A stretch of DNA of 64,000 bases from Setoptus koraiensis (Eukaryota; Animalia; Arthropoda), in contig CM106585.1 in the NCBI GenBank assembly GCA_048013815.1, positions 9,796,001 to 9,860,000 of the forward strand. Direction: 5' to 3'. Each line of letters opens with the position of its first letter. Positions within the stretch are counted from its first letter, which is position 1. The notes under the pieces are model-generated. The model ran no database searches. It had not been told where the DNA came from and saw only the letters and a list, made by a program, of their open reading frames with translations. Shown here in pieces: positions 45,700-56,583 of this stretch. The translations under genes and the position numbers were made by a program.

Positions 45700-47458
45700 G
45701 CTCTCGGCTTATTTAAGACTCGGTGCTGCCAACACTGGGCTGGTGATTATGGAAGTCATTGCTGAAGAACACTCTCAGTGTATGCTTCACAACAAATTTG
45801 TCAACCAGCCGTGCCATTTTTGTCGAATTTTATTTGCATCGATAAACGCATAAACTAGCCCGAGAATTCAAGTGACTCAATCTGTAGAGTTGACAGGTTT
45901 ACCGAGGCACTCTGTGGTCAGTTACGCATTTCAGTGTGTTGACAGCGGCCTTTGGTCAGTCGTTGCCGAACCAAACATGAGTGCACCAGAAAAACCTCAA
46001 ACTGTTATGCGGATTCCCCGGTGCTTGCGTGTCCAAGTTCGCCTCGGTCCTCACAGGGACTTTGATTTCATATATTGTTGCACACTCCACGGACGAAGTT
46101 CTGCGAAATCAACGATGAACACGCATGCAGGCCAGCATTCAATTTTATCGATCGACGTGTGCACTAAAATATTTGAAAGATTTTCAACGTTTGAGAGAAT
46201 TCTACCCCGATCAGCAGAATGTATTAGCGATTGTAAGCGGTGACAACTTTCGACGTCCAGCGAATTGTAGCTTGAGACTCGAGCGGATTATCCCTTGAAA
46301 GTTTCAAGTTGAAACGGATACAAAGTCAGGCTACACAATGCTCCGTCTGGAAACAAGTGATCTCTTTGGCTGTGGCTCTAAAAGCGTCTCACCACTCCAT
46401 GTACCAGACGGACACGTTTGACGATGTCCGGACTCCGGAGCCAGAGCGAATTGTCGGGTTACAGGCTCGTCCAGCCAGAGGCCTGCAAACTGTGGTCGCC
46501 ATGTGTCGCCAGTGGCTATTATTGTGCTCTTGTTGTTGCCAATTAGAGTTGGCGACTTGTCGCTTTGAAACTCGCGCTAGCTTTGGCCCTACTATTCTTT
46601 TGTCCACTTTATGTAAGCGCACAATCATCATTTATATTATGCAGCACACAGCATTTACAGTACTGGGTGTTGCAATCAACTATTGCTCTTTGAACTGTTT
46701 ACGCTGCGCTGCATTATGTACAGAGTGTGTATTCTCACGTGAATATCACCATCCCATTGCAGATGTACAGATGTGTGCATGCTTGGTAGGCTTGCAAACG
46801 CGGCATATTCACGCCGGAGCCGTTGCACAAAGATTTGGCACAGTGTGTGTTTTTGTGCGTAACTGGTTGAGTGCAACACACTAGACAAGACTTGTTGTTT
46901 ATTGCACATTGTAAAAGTTATACGAGCACGCACACGTCTAGGCACGCACACATGCGTACTAGTGATACTGGCGATTGTACAGCTCACACTCACAGACGAG
47001 CGTATATACAGTATTTATACGCCCATGCCTACAGTCGCCTATTCACTTCTCTTCGTCGGATTTTTTCACACACATTTATCGCTCAACAAAATATTTTTTT
47101 TTGTTTTCATTAAATCAGATTGGACAAATACGCAGCCACTAGCTTCTGGAATATCCACCACACACTTACCCTAATTACGTTATCTCAACCTTCGCCAACA
47201 TGAGTGGGCTATCCGACGAAGACAGGAAGGAATTATTGGCCCTCATATTGGGATTCCTGCAGCAATCTTTAAATGATTTTCCCATTGGTATGACGCTTCG
47301 CGATTTTGAGCGAAACTTTCCAGAAAAATGCGATGAACCCGAAGATTGGTACACGCGCTACAATTGTAAAAACGCTGTCGAGGCCCTGCGAACGGTGCCA
47401 GAAGTTGCCAAGCTAACCGTGGGCTATGGAAATCAATTGAAAATTGAGTTAAATACTG
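45700..47458. repeat. Left arm of a large imperfect inverted duplication (partner ~49776-51120)
   Basis: 45784-45924 is identical to the reverse complement of 50891-51031 (141/141). 45925-46370 aligns with 50470-50890, 46900-47110 aligns loosely with 50120-50470, and 47113-47458 aligns with 49776-50120. Confidence 0.95.
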
Positions 47459-49578
47459 CCAGTAAACTACATGACACTCATCTCACCGACATGGTCAAAG
47501 GCCAAAAGGGCAAATCAAAAAAGAGAGCACCCCGAGGTCGACCCTTCTATCCCTGTTCTTTTGGCAACAGGAGACCACCGCAAGGACCATTTAACAGCAG
47601 AAGACCCCCCATGCCGGCGGCATACAATAGCAGGAGACCCACGCCAACATCGAGCGTCAACAGTGCCAATAGATCCACCCAACAGCAAGCCGCCAGCGCA
47701 AACAAATCTGCACCAGAATATTTCAGACCCAAGAATACGCCAGAAGCTCCGAGTATAAGGTCCGCTCCAGAACCGTTCAAACCGAAACCTACGCAAGAGG
47801 CTGCCCCAAGTCACTGGTCTACGCCGCCGGCTTCAAGCACAAAAAACGCGCCAGAAATCGCCAATACGAAACCCGCGCCAGAAGCCGCTGGCGCAAAACC
47901 GGCGCCGGCCTTCAGCACTAAATCCAATCAAGCATTGACCTCAGCACATGCAAGTGCGCATTCACAGATTAAACCGAGCAAATTCGTTTCCGAAAACAGT
48001 ATACGACGCGAAGAGACAACAAATATCCCCAAAAAACCTGCTCCGAAAGCCAGTGTTCAACACAAAGAGTGGCTCAGACAAAAAATAGTTGACTTACTTA
48101 CGCGAATTTCGTCAGAAATAAAGTTAATATTCCTGCCCACCATTTTTCGAACGGAATACGAGGAAACTTTAGATGCCACTGAATACGGCTACTCGCGCAT
48201 TATAGCTTTATTTCAGGACCCTATTCTGAGCAAGGATATTGAAATCAATCACAAGCATCCTTACACCACCATTAGTTCAAGATTGAAATCGAGGCCGGAC
48301 GGAAAAGAGAATAGGATCAACGGATCATCAGCGAATTCAACTAAAACATTTTTATCATCCAACCATCACGAGTCTCTTGATAGTTTATCTCAAGACACTG
48401 GAATAGAATCACCTTTTGAGGCTATTGATCCATTCAACCTGAAAAGTATGCAGCAAAGCCTACAGAAATCTTCTGTTCCTATCAAGGAAAAGAAGAAAAA
48501 CATCATCCCTATTGATGATGAAATTAAGTACAAAACCTTCCGAATGATCATGACCAGTGACACTCCATTAGAAATCGATAACTGGCAAAATAAGTTTGAA
48601 TATGAAACCAAGCTCAACATAAGAGTGAGCTACTATGGCTTCACTAATTGTGAAGACTTCTTCAAAGAGTTGGTCAAAGATATGCCCATCAAAATTGAGA
48701 GAAATAACGAAGGCCGCTCGATCGCTTCTTTGACATCCCCAGACGATTTAAAATTATGGTTATACGCTAAAATGGCCAAAAATGAATATAAATCAATTTA
48801 TGTTTTAAGTGATAAGTATGAATTGATAGCAAATCCCAAAGATCGATTCACTTTCAGGAGAATTGGACAGGAAATGTTGGATTCAGGTTACTATCCGGTA
48901 GCATTATGTTCAGCGAAGAATCCTTCTCATATCTGGTTGAAAATGCATAATGAACGATTCTACGAGGATCTTAGTTTCATAGAAACTACAATGTGCGCAT
49001 ACCAAGATTATACCGATTATAATGCTAAAACTAAGTCCTCCATGTTACCAGGTTTGCCTATATTCTTTTTTAGACAAGGACTACCATGCTCCGTTTATGA
49101 CCAGCACGTCAACAAGTGGTGCCGTGCTATAATCGTGTCCATCGTGGGATCTGTACCACAGACTAATCAAGAAATCGACAATCTCAAAGTGAATCTTTTA
49201 CTAGTGGACTACGGTTTAGAAAGAAAAAATATACCAGTGAAACAAATACATTGCCTTCTCAAAGACCATATGAGAACACCAATCGTTCCAATCCGGTGCC
49301 ATCTAGACGGTGTAAGGCCCGTATTTGATGAGCAAAGTGATGTTCCAGGCGAGTGGAGTGGAAAAGCAAAAGTTATTCTACAGGAATACGTCAACCCTCC
49401 GTCCATACTAGCTTGTAAATTTATCAACGAAAAGAACGACCAAGATGGAACTTCAAATGATACTCATTTACCGGTAACTAGTTGGGGAGTGGAACTATGT
49501 GATACCCGTGGTGACGAGGATTGTTTCCTCCATTCTTCATTGATTGAGGCTGGATTAGCTGAAAGTATTAATCACTAA
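47200..49578 (+). CDS. TDRD5: TDRD5/tejas-like piRNA-pathway protein (three LOTUS domains plus one extended Tudor), intronless, 792 aa
   Basis: LOTUS-like units at the N-terminus (..GMTLRDFE..C.NAVEAL..VPEV), at LRQKIVDLL..EYGYSRIIALF and at IKYK..SYYGFTNCEDFF; Tudor-SN region HIWLKM..KWCRAII..LVDYG..PIRCHLDGVRP..WS. Confidence 0.8.
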   Translation: MSGLSDEDRKELLALILGFLQQSLNDFPIGMTLRDFERNFPEKCDEPEDWYTRYNCKNAVEALRTVPEVAKLTVGYGNQLKIELNTASKLHDTHLTDMVKGQKGKSKKRAPRGRPFYPCSFGNRRPPQGPFNSRRPPMPAAYNSRRPTPTSSVNSANRSTQQQAASANKSAPEYFRPKNTPEAPSIRSAPEPFKPKPTQEAAPSHWSTPPASSTKNAPEIANTKPAPEAAGAKPAPAFSTKSNQALTSAHASAHSQIKPSKFVSENSIRREETTNIPKKPAPKASVQHKEWLRQKIVDLLTRISSEIKLIFLPTIFRTEYEETLDATEYGYSRIIALFQDPILSKDIEINHKHPYTTISSRLKSRPDGKENRINGSSANSTKTFLSSNHHESLDSLSQDTGIESPFEAIDPFNLKSMQQSLQKSSVPIKEKKKNIIPIDDEIKYKTFRMIMTSDTPLEIDNWQNKFEYETKLNIRVSYYGFTNCEDFFKELVKDMPIKIERNNEGRSIASLTSPDDLKLWLYAKMAKNEYKSIYVLSDKYELIANPKDRFTFRRIGQEMLDSGYYPVALCSAKNPSHIWLKMHNERFYEDLSFIETTMCAYQDYTDYNAKTKSSMLPGLPIFFFRQGLPCSVYDQHVNKWCRAIIVSIVGSVPQTNQEIDNLKVNLLLVDYGLERKNIPVKQIHCLLKDHMRTPIVPIRCHLDGVRPVFDEQSDVPGEWSGKAKVILQEYVNPPSILACKFINEKNDQDGTSNDTHLPVTSWGVELCDTRGDEDCFLHSSLIEAGLAESINH

Positions 49579-49745
49579 TCTGCTAAAATTCGGTTAACAA
49601 TTGTTCTTTTCTGTGAAATCGATAAGCAATCGTTACATTTGTTAAATAAAGAAATGTATACATAATCATAAGTACTCAATGTATCACGACGAACTATGAT
49701 CTGTCTTTTACCTTTTTAATTCATTTAGCACAGAAGGCCTGAATG

Positions 49746-50033
49746 CTAATAACCGTGGGCTAATAACCTGGATTGAGTGTTTAACTCAATTTTTATTCGT
49801 CCCTCATAGCCCACGGTTAGCTTAGCAACTTCTGGCACCATTCTTAGTGCCTCGACAGTGTTGCTACAATTGTAGCGCGTGTACCAATCTTCGGGTTCAT
49901 CGCATTTTTCTGGAAAGTTTCCCTCAAAATCGCGAAGCGTCATACCAATGGGAAAATCATTTAAAGATTGCTGCAGAAATCCCAATATGAGGGCCAATAA
50001 TTCCTTCCTGTCTTCGTCGGATAGCCCACTCAT
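49746..50033 (-). CDS. LOTUS-domain-only mini-gene (inverted partial duplicate of TDRD5 5' end), 95 aa
   Basis: First 86 codons align with TDRD5 codons 1-86 without indels or stops; novel 9-aa tail and stop; ATTAAA on the minus strand at 49720-49715; conserved 5'UTR. Could be an unexpressed pseudogene. Confidence 0.6.
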   Translation of the reverse strand: MSGLSDEDRKELLALILGFLQQSLNDFPIGMTLRDFEGNFPEKCDEPEDWYTRYNCSNTVEALRMVPEVAKLTVGYEGRIKIELNTQSRLLAHGY

Positions 50034-51120
50034 GTTGGCGAAGGTTGAGATAACGTAATAAGTTTAAGTGTGTGGTGGATATTCCAGAAGCTAGTGGCTG
50101 CGTATTTGTCCAATCTGATCTGTAGCAGAACAATATTTCGTTATGTGAGATCTGTTTGCGATAAAATCCAACGGAGATAAAGATGCACATTCGTAACTTC
50201 CCTACAATCTGAAAACTTCTGAAGTTATTTATTACTAGTGGGCAGTAAGGGCGATAAGGGCAGTAAGTGGTGAGGGAGTGATGGGAGAATACGGGAGACC
50301 CGGGTGAACCATGCTGTGTTCTCCCGTGTTCTCCCATGACTCCCTCACCACTTACTGCCCTTATCGCCCTTACTGCCCGAACACTATTTATTACATAATA
50401 TTCGGTCGTCTGTGAGTGTGATCTGTATTGGCTCGCGCGCGCCTAAACGTACTCGTACAAACTTGCAGTGTGCGAAGAGATCACTTGTTTTCAGAAGCAG
50501 CATGGTGTAGCCTGACTTTGTATCCGTTTCAATTTGAAACTTTCAGGGGATAATTGGCACGCTTCACTCGAGTTTCACATGCTACAACTCGCTGAATGTC
50601 GAAAGTTGTCACCGCTAATCCAGACTGCTGATCGGGGTAGCAATCGTATGTGAATCCTCTCAAACGTTGGGGATCATTCAAATATTTCAGTGCATACGTC
50701 GATCGATAAAATTGAATGCTGGCCTGCATGCGTGTTCATCGTTGATTTCGTCCGTTGAGGGTGCGACAATATATGACATCAGAGTCTCTGTGAGGACCGA
50801 GGCAAACTTGAACACGAAAGCACTGGTGAATCCGCATAACAGTTCGAGGTTTTTCTGGTGCACTCAAGTTTGTTTCAGCAACGATCGATCTAACTGACCA
50901 CAGAGTGCCTCGGTAAACCTGTCAACTCTACAGATTGAGTCACTTGAATTCTCGGGCTAGTTTATGCGTTTATCGATGCAAATAAAATTCGACAAAAATG
51001 GCACGGCTGGTTGACAAATTTGTTGTGAAGCCTACACTATGGGTGTTCTTCATCATTGACTTCCATAATCACCACCAACACAGTGTTGGCAACGCTCCGT
51101 CGAAAAGAAGTCGAGAGCTG
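49776..51120. repeat. Right arm of the large imperfect inverted duplication (partner ~45700-47458)
   Basis: Reverse-complement alignment to the left arm as described; carries a MITE and lacks ~530 bp present in the left arm (46370-46900). Confidence 0.95.
50236..50386. mobile_element. hAT-type MITE / foldback element, 151 bp
   Basis: Exact 8-bp target-site duplication TTTATTAC (50228-50235 and 50387-50394); termini TAGT(GTTC)GGGCAGTAAGGG, with the left end lacking 4 nt; 59-bp internal arms (50240-50298 and 50320-50378) with only 2 mismatches around a 21-nt loop. 8-bp TSD and TAG terminus are typical of hAT. Confidence 0.85.
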
Positions 51121-54100
51121 TCGTTCGCCTTCTCAATTCAAATAGCCCAGTAGCTTAGATGCTCTTAGCTGGCGTGGGAAGACATTAAATGGCCTGAGTC
51201 GATGGTGGCAATTTTAAGCTGAAACAATGTGGCTGGACACTCTCTCATTGGATGAATATATGCCCTTATTTATCTCTTCTCCATTAGTCTAATGACAATA
51301 AGGTGAATAGACATTTCATTCGAGTACCATTCACCTTTTGTGCACTGCATGCTCTTCCGAGTCAATGTCCTGAATTAGGCACAATGCGATAGAACAAGTT
51401 TGCACTTGATCTATTTCATCAGCGGTGTATACTTTTTCATTTTTTTTTCTATGAATATTTTTATAAAAGTATATATATTTATACATAAGCCAATACTCTT
51501 GAATAATTGGGCGGTGATACAAAGAAGGAATGAGTATCGATTAGCGGCTTCAACATTTGGGTTGCGGCAACAGATAGGCGGGCATAATTCCACCAAGATA
51601 ATCCGTCTACGGAGGTTTGTTTACGATACAGAGACTATAAAAAATTAAATATCACCATGATTTAGCGAATACATGATACACTTGCCATGGTAGTAATGAG
51701 AGTTATTCGCAGAAATCATAAATCGTTTTTGTATTCTATCCTCGTAGAATTGTTGTCACACAAGTACATTGTATTAATATAACTCCGCGAGTTCATTCAA
51801 AGGAATATATCTACATATTTTTATTGATCGTGACACCCTCAATTCGCCAATATCAAAAAACTATTGAATATAGAACATGATGTCGTTGAATTGACATTCA
51901 ATACATTCACATGACTTCACCTCCGAGGCGTGTTGGCGATTCATTGAGTGAACATGAAGCCAAGAACAGCAACCCATTGCAATTTGTCGACCTCTAGGAT
52001 TCAATAAAATGCATTTCTTTCTGAGCCCAATAAATACAAGGTCTTTTTTTTAGGAATCAAAACACGGAACCTTAAAGCTAATTGTGGATGTATGATCATC
52101 AAATAATTGGCAGGCACGACATTGTGTGTGTAAACGACAACTCTTCTGTTATCAGCTTAATATCTCTGACACAACTGAGATATAATACTATTATTTTAAA
52201 CCTTGATGCTAATGGAGCCTGTAAAAGCTAACGGCAATAATATCGACACTCATGCAACGCTACGGCAACAAACGCCGCAATAGTAACAACAAGAGCAACA
52301 ACGTTGGCATTGATCACGGCCAAACGATATCAGCTGATTGAGATTTGTATCACAGATAGTGCACTGAATTATTGCATATCATGTGCATTTGTCAGGTGTA
52401 AGCGAATGTCATTGATTGATGCCAGCATCAATGTTGGCAAACTTGGCAAGCGATACGGTCATGAGACACAGCAACAACAACAACACCACCACCACCAACA
52501 ACAACAACAACAACACCAACGACACCAACAACGACATCAACAACGACACCAACAACAGCGGGCCAGTCTTGTCCTTGTTTATAAATTATTTACATGCAAT
52601 ACATGCTGTTGTTATTACGATTCCCTAAGCTCACACTTCATGATGGGTCAAATACGGAGATAGTATAGCACCACTGCAACTGTTCCATGTACCGTATGGT
52701 TCCAGTGAAGCCGGCACTGTGATTGTTAGCATTGCGAAATAGAGGAATAAGCTAGCTTATTGTGGGCCATCGACTGAACTATATGTATTCAGCTAAACAG
52801 TGGCAGCGACAGCAGCAGCAACGACAACAACAACAACAAGTGGAAGACTAACGAACCACCTCGACACATATTGAGATTATCCAGCAAACAAGCTAGTCAA
52901 GCAGCCGACTAACGAACATTTTTTGCCTTGCCAAAATAATAGCCACTTTTGTTGCTGCAACTATCACTCATAGTAATTGACTGATAGATAGCTTAATTCT
53001 TCAACTAAACAAGCAGCCAACTTTTACTTCTCACTGTGTCTCAATTTTTGTCTCACTACGGCATATCCGATATATTGGGAGGACTAACAGTAACTCAGCC
53101 TAACTAATGCAAAAACAACCGTGAGCAACAATGGCAAGCGGATGAAAGAATGCAAGGAACTCACAACTCTACACATCACCACGTTATCTACCTATCAATC
53201 GAGAACTTCACATAAAGCTAATGAAAACAATGACAACAACAGCAACAGCAGCAACATCGGCAACAACATTACAGTAAACAACGTATACAACTAGGTTAAA
53301 CAACAATCGTTGTTAATGTGCAGCGACTGGAGGCAAAACTATCGGCACCTACCCACGGATGTCTTTAGAAGCAACTATCACTAATAGACCACAACCAAAG
53401 CTGTTAAATCCTAGTTGAGCCCAGTGATACCACCATAAGCACTATAAGCACTATCAACACTACCAGTTCCAGACACGGCTAAAACAGACGCTCCTATTAG
53501 CAATTCAAAATCGACCAACAACAATATTCCTGATTGAATTTTGTCAGATATGAGTCGACAATAGTGTCACACACTTGTCACAATCTGTGGTATCAGTTGT
53601 CGACGACGGCGACAATCAATTAATAATCATTTCGCTTCAACAACAAAGAAGAACTCCGGCAACAGCAAGCCGACAAATTTGCATAGCAGCCATTCGAGCG
53701 CGATCGAATCTACGAACGCTCAGCCATCTAGAGTGCCATACCAACACGCTATTACTTTTTTACTCATCTTTGGGTGCCATACATCATGCTGATCATCATT
53801 ACCAGACTAACGATATTTTAGGCTTTTTAGTATGTAATGAATCTAAATATCATCATCACGAAGCATCAGTAGCAGTGTTTGAGTGACAGTAGTCAAGTTA
53901 TCACCGTACAACTTTTTAGCAACCATGTAACAAGTGCATTATCGATCCAACGACCAGTTAAGTCAATAAAACAAGTGAAAACAGCAACAACCATTAGTCC
54001 AAACAAGCTAAACGATAAGCGAGGGGAAGAATAACGCGCCAAGAAGGCGATTATTTTCTCATCTAATTAATAGTCTACTAACTAGTTAGTGTTGTCATTA

Positions 54101-54159
54101 ATCGTAGTTGGTCAGCGCCAAGCTCACAAACAAACACACAAAAGCACATAGGGGCAGCA

Positions 54160-55861
54160 ATGAATCAACAGTTGGTCAATGTGCTCTTACTAGGAGGTGC
54201 CTTTCATTTGATATTTTTCTCATTCCAGACAAGTGTGTTCATTCAACAGACCGTAGTCAATAGTATTAAATTAAAACCAGAATACAATTTCACTGGCGAT
54301 GGCTATCTGAGCTTGTGCATCACTTACGCCGTATTTGCACTATCAAATTGGCTGGCCCCATCCACTATATCTGTGACAGGTATCAAATATGGCATGTTCC
54401 TTGGTGCTTGCACTTACCTATTGTATTCGGCAAGTTTTATATATCCCACGACATGGTTATTTTATACTGTTGCCGCATTGGTAGGCTTCGGTGCCAGTCA
54501 CATCTGGACCGCTCAGGGGTCCTATTTGGCGAAAAATAGCGACGCGGATAATTCCTCTAGAAACGCCGGACTTTTTTGGGCCATATTCCAATCGAGTATA
54601 TTATTTGGCAATTTATTTGTCTATTTTGCATTCAATAACCAGACTGTCATCAGTGACAAAACAAGATACATTGTCTACACTGTGTTGACCATAGTGTGTC
54701 TATTGGGCACACTACTGATATTATTGCTCAGGGACAATAGTCAATCGTTTAATGTGTCGGACGAAAATCCCACCGCATGGGGACAATTTTTGGGTGCTAT
54801 CAATCTGGCCAAATCAACACACATGGTACTGCTTAGTATCTCATTTTTGTTTACGGGAATACTCTTATCCTTCTTCACTGGAGTCTACGGAACAGCTATA
54901 GGTGCCACACCGGATTTTGGTCCGGATTCGAAGAAGTTCATTGGATTATCTGGTAACGATAGCTTTGCTTAACTTATACTATATAGTTTAGATTAGAATT
55001 GAAACATTGTAACAGTTAATTAATTAATTATATTCATTCCACCAATTGTTTTCATTACCACTGATAACTGTAATCTATCTATAAATAGGCATCTTCATAG
55101 GTATAGGCGAAATAGTGGGCGGCTCACTATTCGGACTCATGGGCAACAAAGTCAACAAGGCCGGCAGAGATACCACAGTGCTGCTGGGATACCTAGTGAC
55201 AACAGTGGCCTTTGTTTTAATCTATATAAACCTGCCACCTGACGCCTCGATAGCCCAGACAGCCCTTACGGTTGCCATAATCAGGCCAAGGTATGAGAGC
55301 ACGCTATCAATTAATTTTTTAAATGACCTATTCGCTTTACTATCTGCTGAGTAGGCAATCGATGACATCATCATTAATTAATTGTTTCTCCTCCACTAGA
55401 CTTTGGATTGCCCTTCTCTGTAGTTGTCTCATGGGACTTGGTGACGCCTGTTTCAACACGCAAATCTATTCTTTGCTTATGAGGTAAATAATAACAACTG
55501 TCGTGAAAGAACTCGAAAGTTTAATTGGTTAGTTTGAAAAACAAATAACTAAATTTATTGCTTGTTTATTTCACAAAGTGCCTATAACGATAACAATTCT
55601 GTGGCAGCATTTGCCCTATTCAAGTTCATGCAATCAGTGGGATCGGCTATGGCATTCTTCTACTCAACACTATTGAATATGCATCATCAATTGTACCTGT
55701 TGACTATATTGGGCTCTTTGGCAACAGTGACTTTTTGTATTGTTGAATGGGACACCAGGAATAAGGTCAACAAATCTAACTCTCAAGAGCAAATAATACC
55801 AGTTGATTCCGGCACGGACAATAGAGACAGTGGCATAGTTAATTATGGTAGCACTGCTTGA
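54160..55861 (+). CDS. MFSD11: UNC93-like MFS protein MFSD11; exons 54160-54952, 55089-55290, 55400-55483, 55579-55861; 453 aa
   Basis: Y.SL.ITYAVFALSNWLAPS, IWTAQGSYL, RNAGLFWAIFQSS, LS|GIFIGIGEI.GG, LGDACFNTQ, AAFALFKF.QS; GT-AG introns in consistent phase (1362 nt). Confidence 0.95.
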
Positions 55862-56376
55862 CGACTACCTTTGTCAAACCGTATCCCAGAATAACAAGCG
55901 CATTTCGTCGTTTGAGCTAACCATAATTAATAATGATAACTTGTTGATGATTGCTTGTGTGATCAACAGCATTGCTTGTGTGATAATAAATATGATGAAC
56001 GGTGAAAAATGCCATAGACTCACATGTATGCCGCCGGTATATGTCAAATTTAGTTGGTGTGATAACGAACGAACGAACAAAATGTTGCATAACATCACGT
56101 TAGAAAATGTCAAAATAATTGTTAATGATTGAGCTTAATCGATTAAATTTGTATCTTTATACTTACTATGTGAACATAAAAAGGACAGTAGATGATGAAG
56201 AGATAAAAGCAAATAAATTTAATCACATCATTTTTTTTATAGCTAGTTGACCCTTACACGACTAACCTATGTTCTCAATTATATCGTTTAATCTATATAC
56301 CTGTTGAATGTGCATCGGAAGCTGCCTGGCAAGCATCCAGTTGTCGATGATAGATGGACGCATGAAATTCTGATGG

Positions 56377-56384
56377 TATAAATA
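56377..56384 (+). promoter_or_regulatory. TATA box of the giant secreted-protein gene
   Basis: TATAAATA ~200 bp upstream of the signal-peptide ATG (56584); AATAAA at 62186-62191 downstream of the stop. Confidence 0.5.
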
Positions 56385-56583
56385 TGGAGAGCTGTCCAAC
56401 GATTAGACACAAGTTGGTTCTCTCGTAGTCTAGAGAGACAGACAGACAGATATGAGCAATAGCGCGAACAGCGGATTATAACTAGTGACTTTAAGTAGAA
56501 ATAACAGTTTATTTAGAGCGAAGAAAGACAGATTTATATTAGACGAGATAACAGCCAATTTGTATCAAACAGTAAACGTGAAG

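Noticed and set aside
45100-45700. GC-rich stretch upstream of NONO as a structured ncRNA (7SL, RNase P/MRP, snRNA)
   Set aside because: No conserved signature sequences of these RNAs recognised; no tRNA T-loop/D-loop pattern found anywhere in the window
47471-47758. Alternative-frame ORF containing HRKDHL (PLAG finger-like word)
   Set aside because: No Cys/His spacing of a zinc finger, lies inside the TDRD5 CDS and downstream of the PLAG gene; coincidence
52304-52663. 119-aa ORF with a Gln/His tract
   Set aside because: TTG start, CAA microsatellite-driven, no splice or domain support
56485-56583. 33-aa N-terminal extension of the giant protein from a GTG start
   Set aside because: Eukaryotic context; the ATG at 56584 directly begins a good signal peptide
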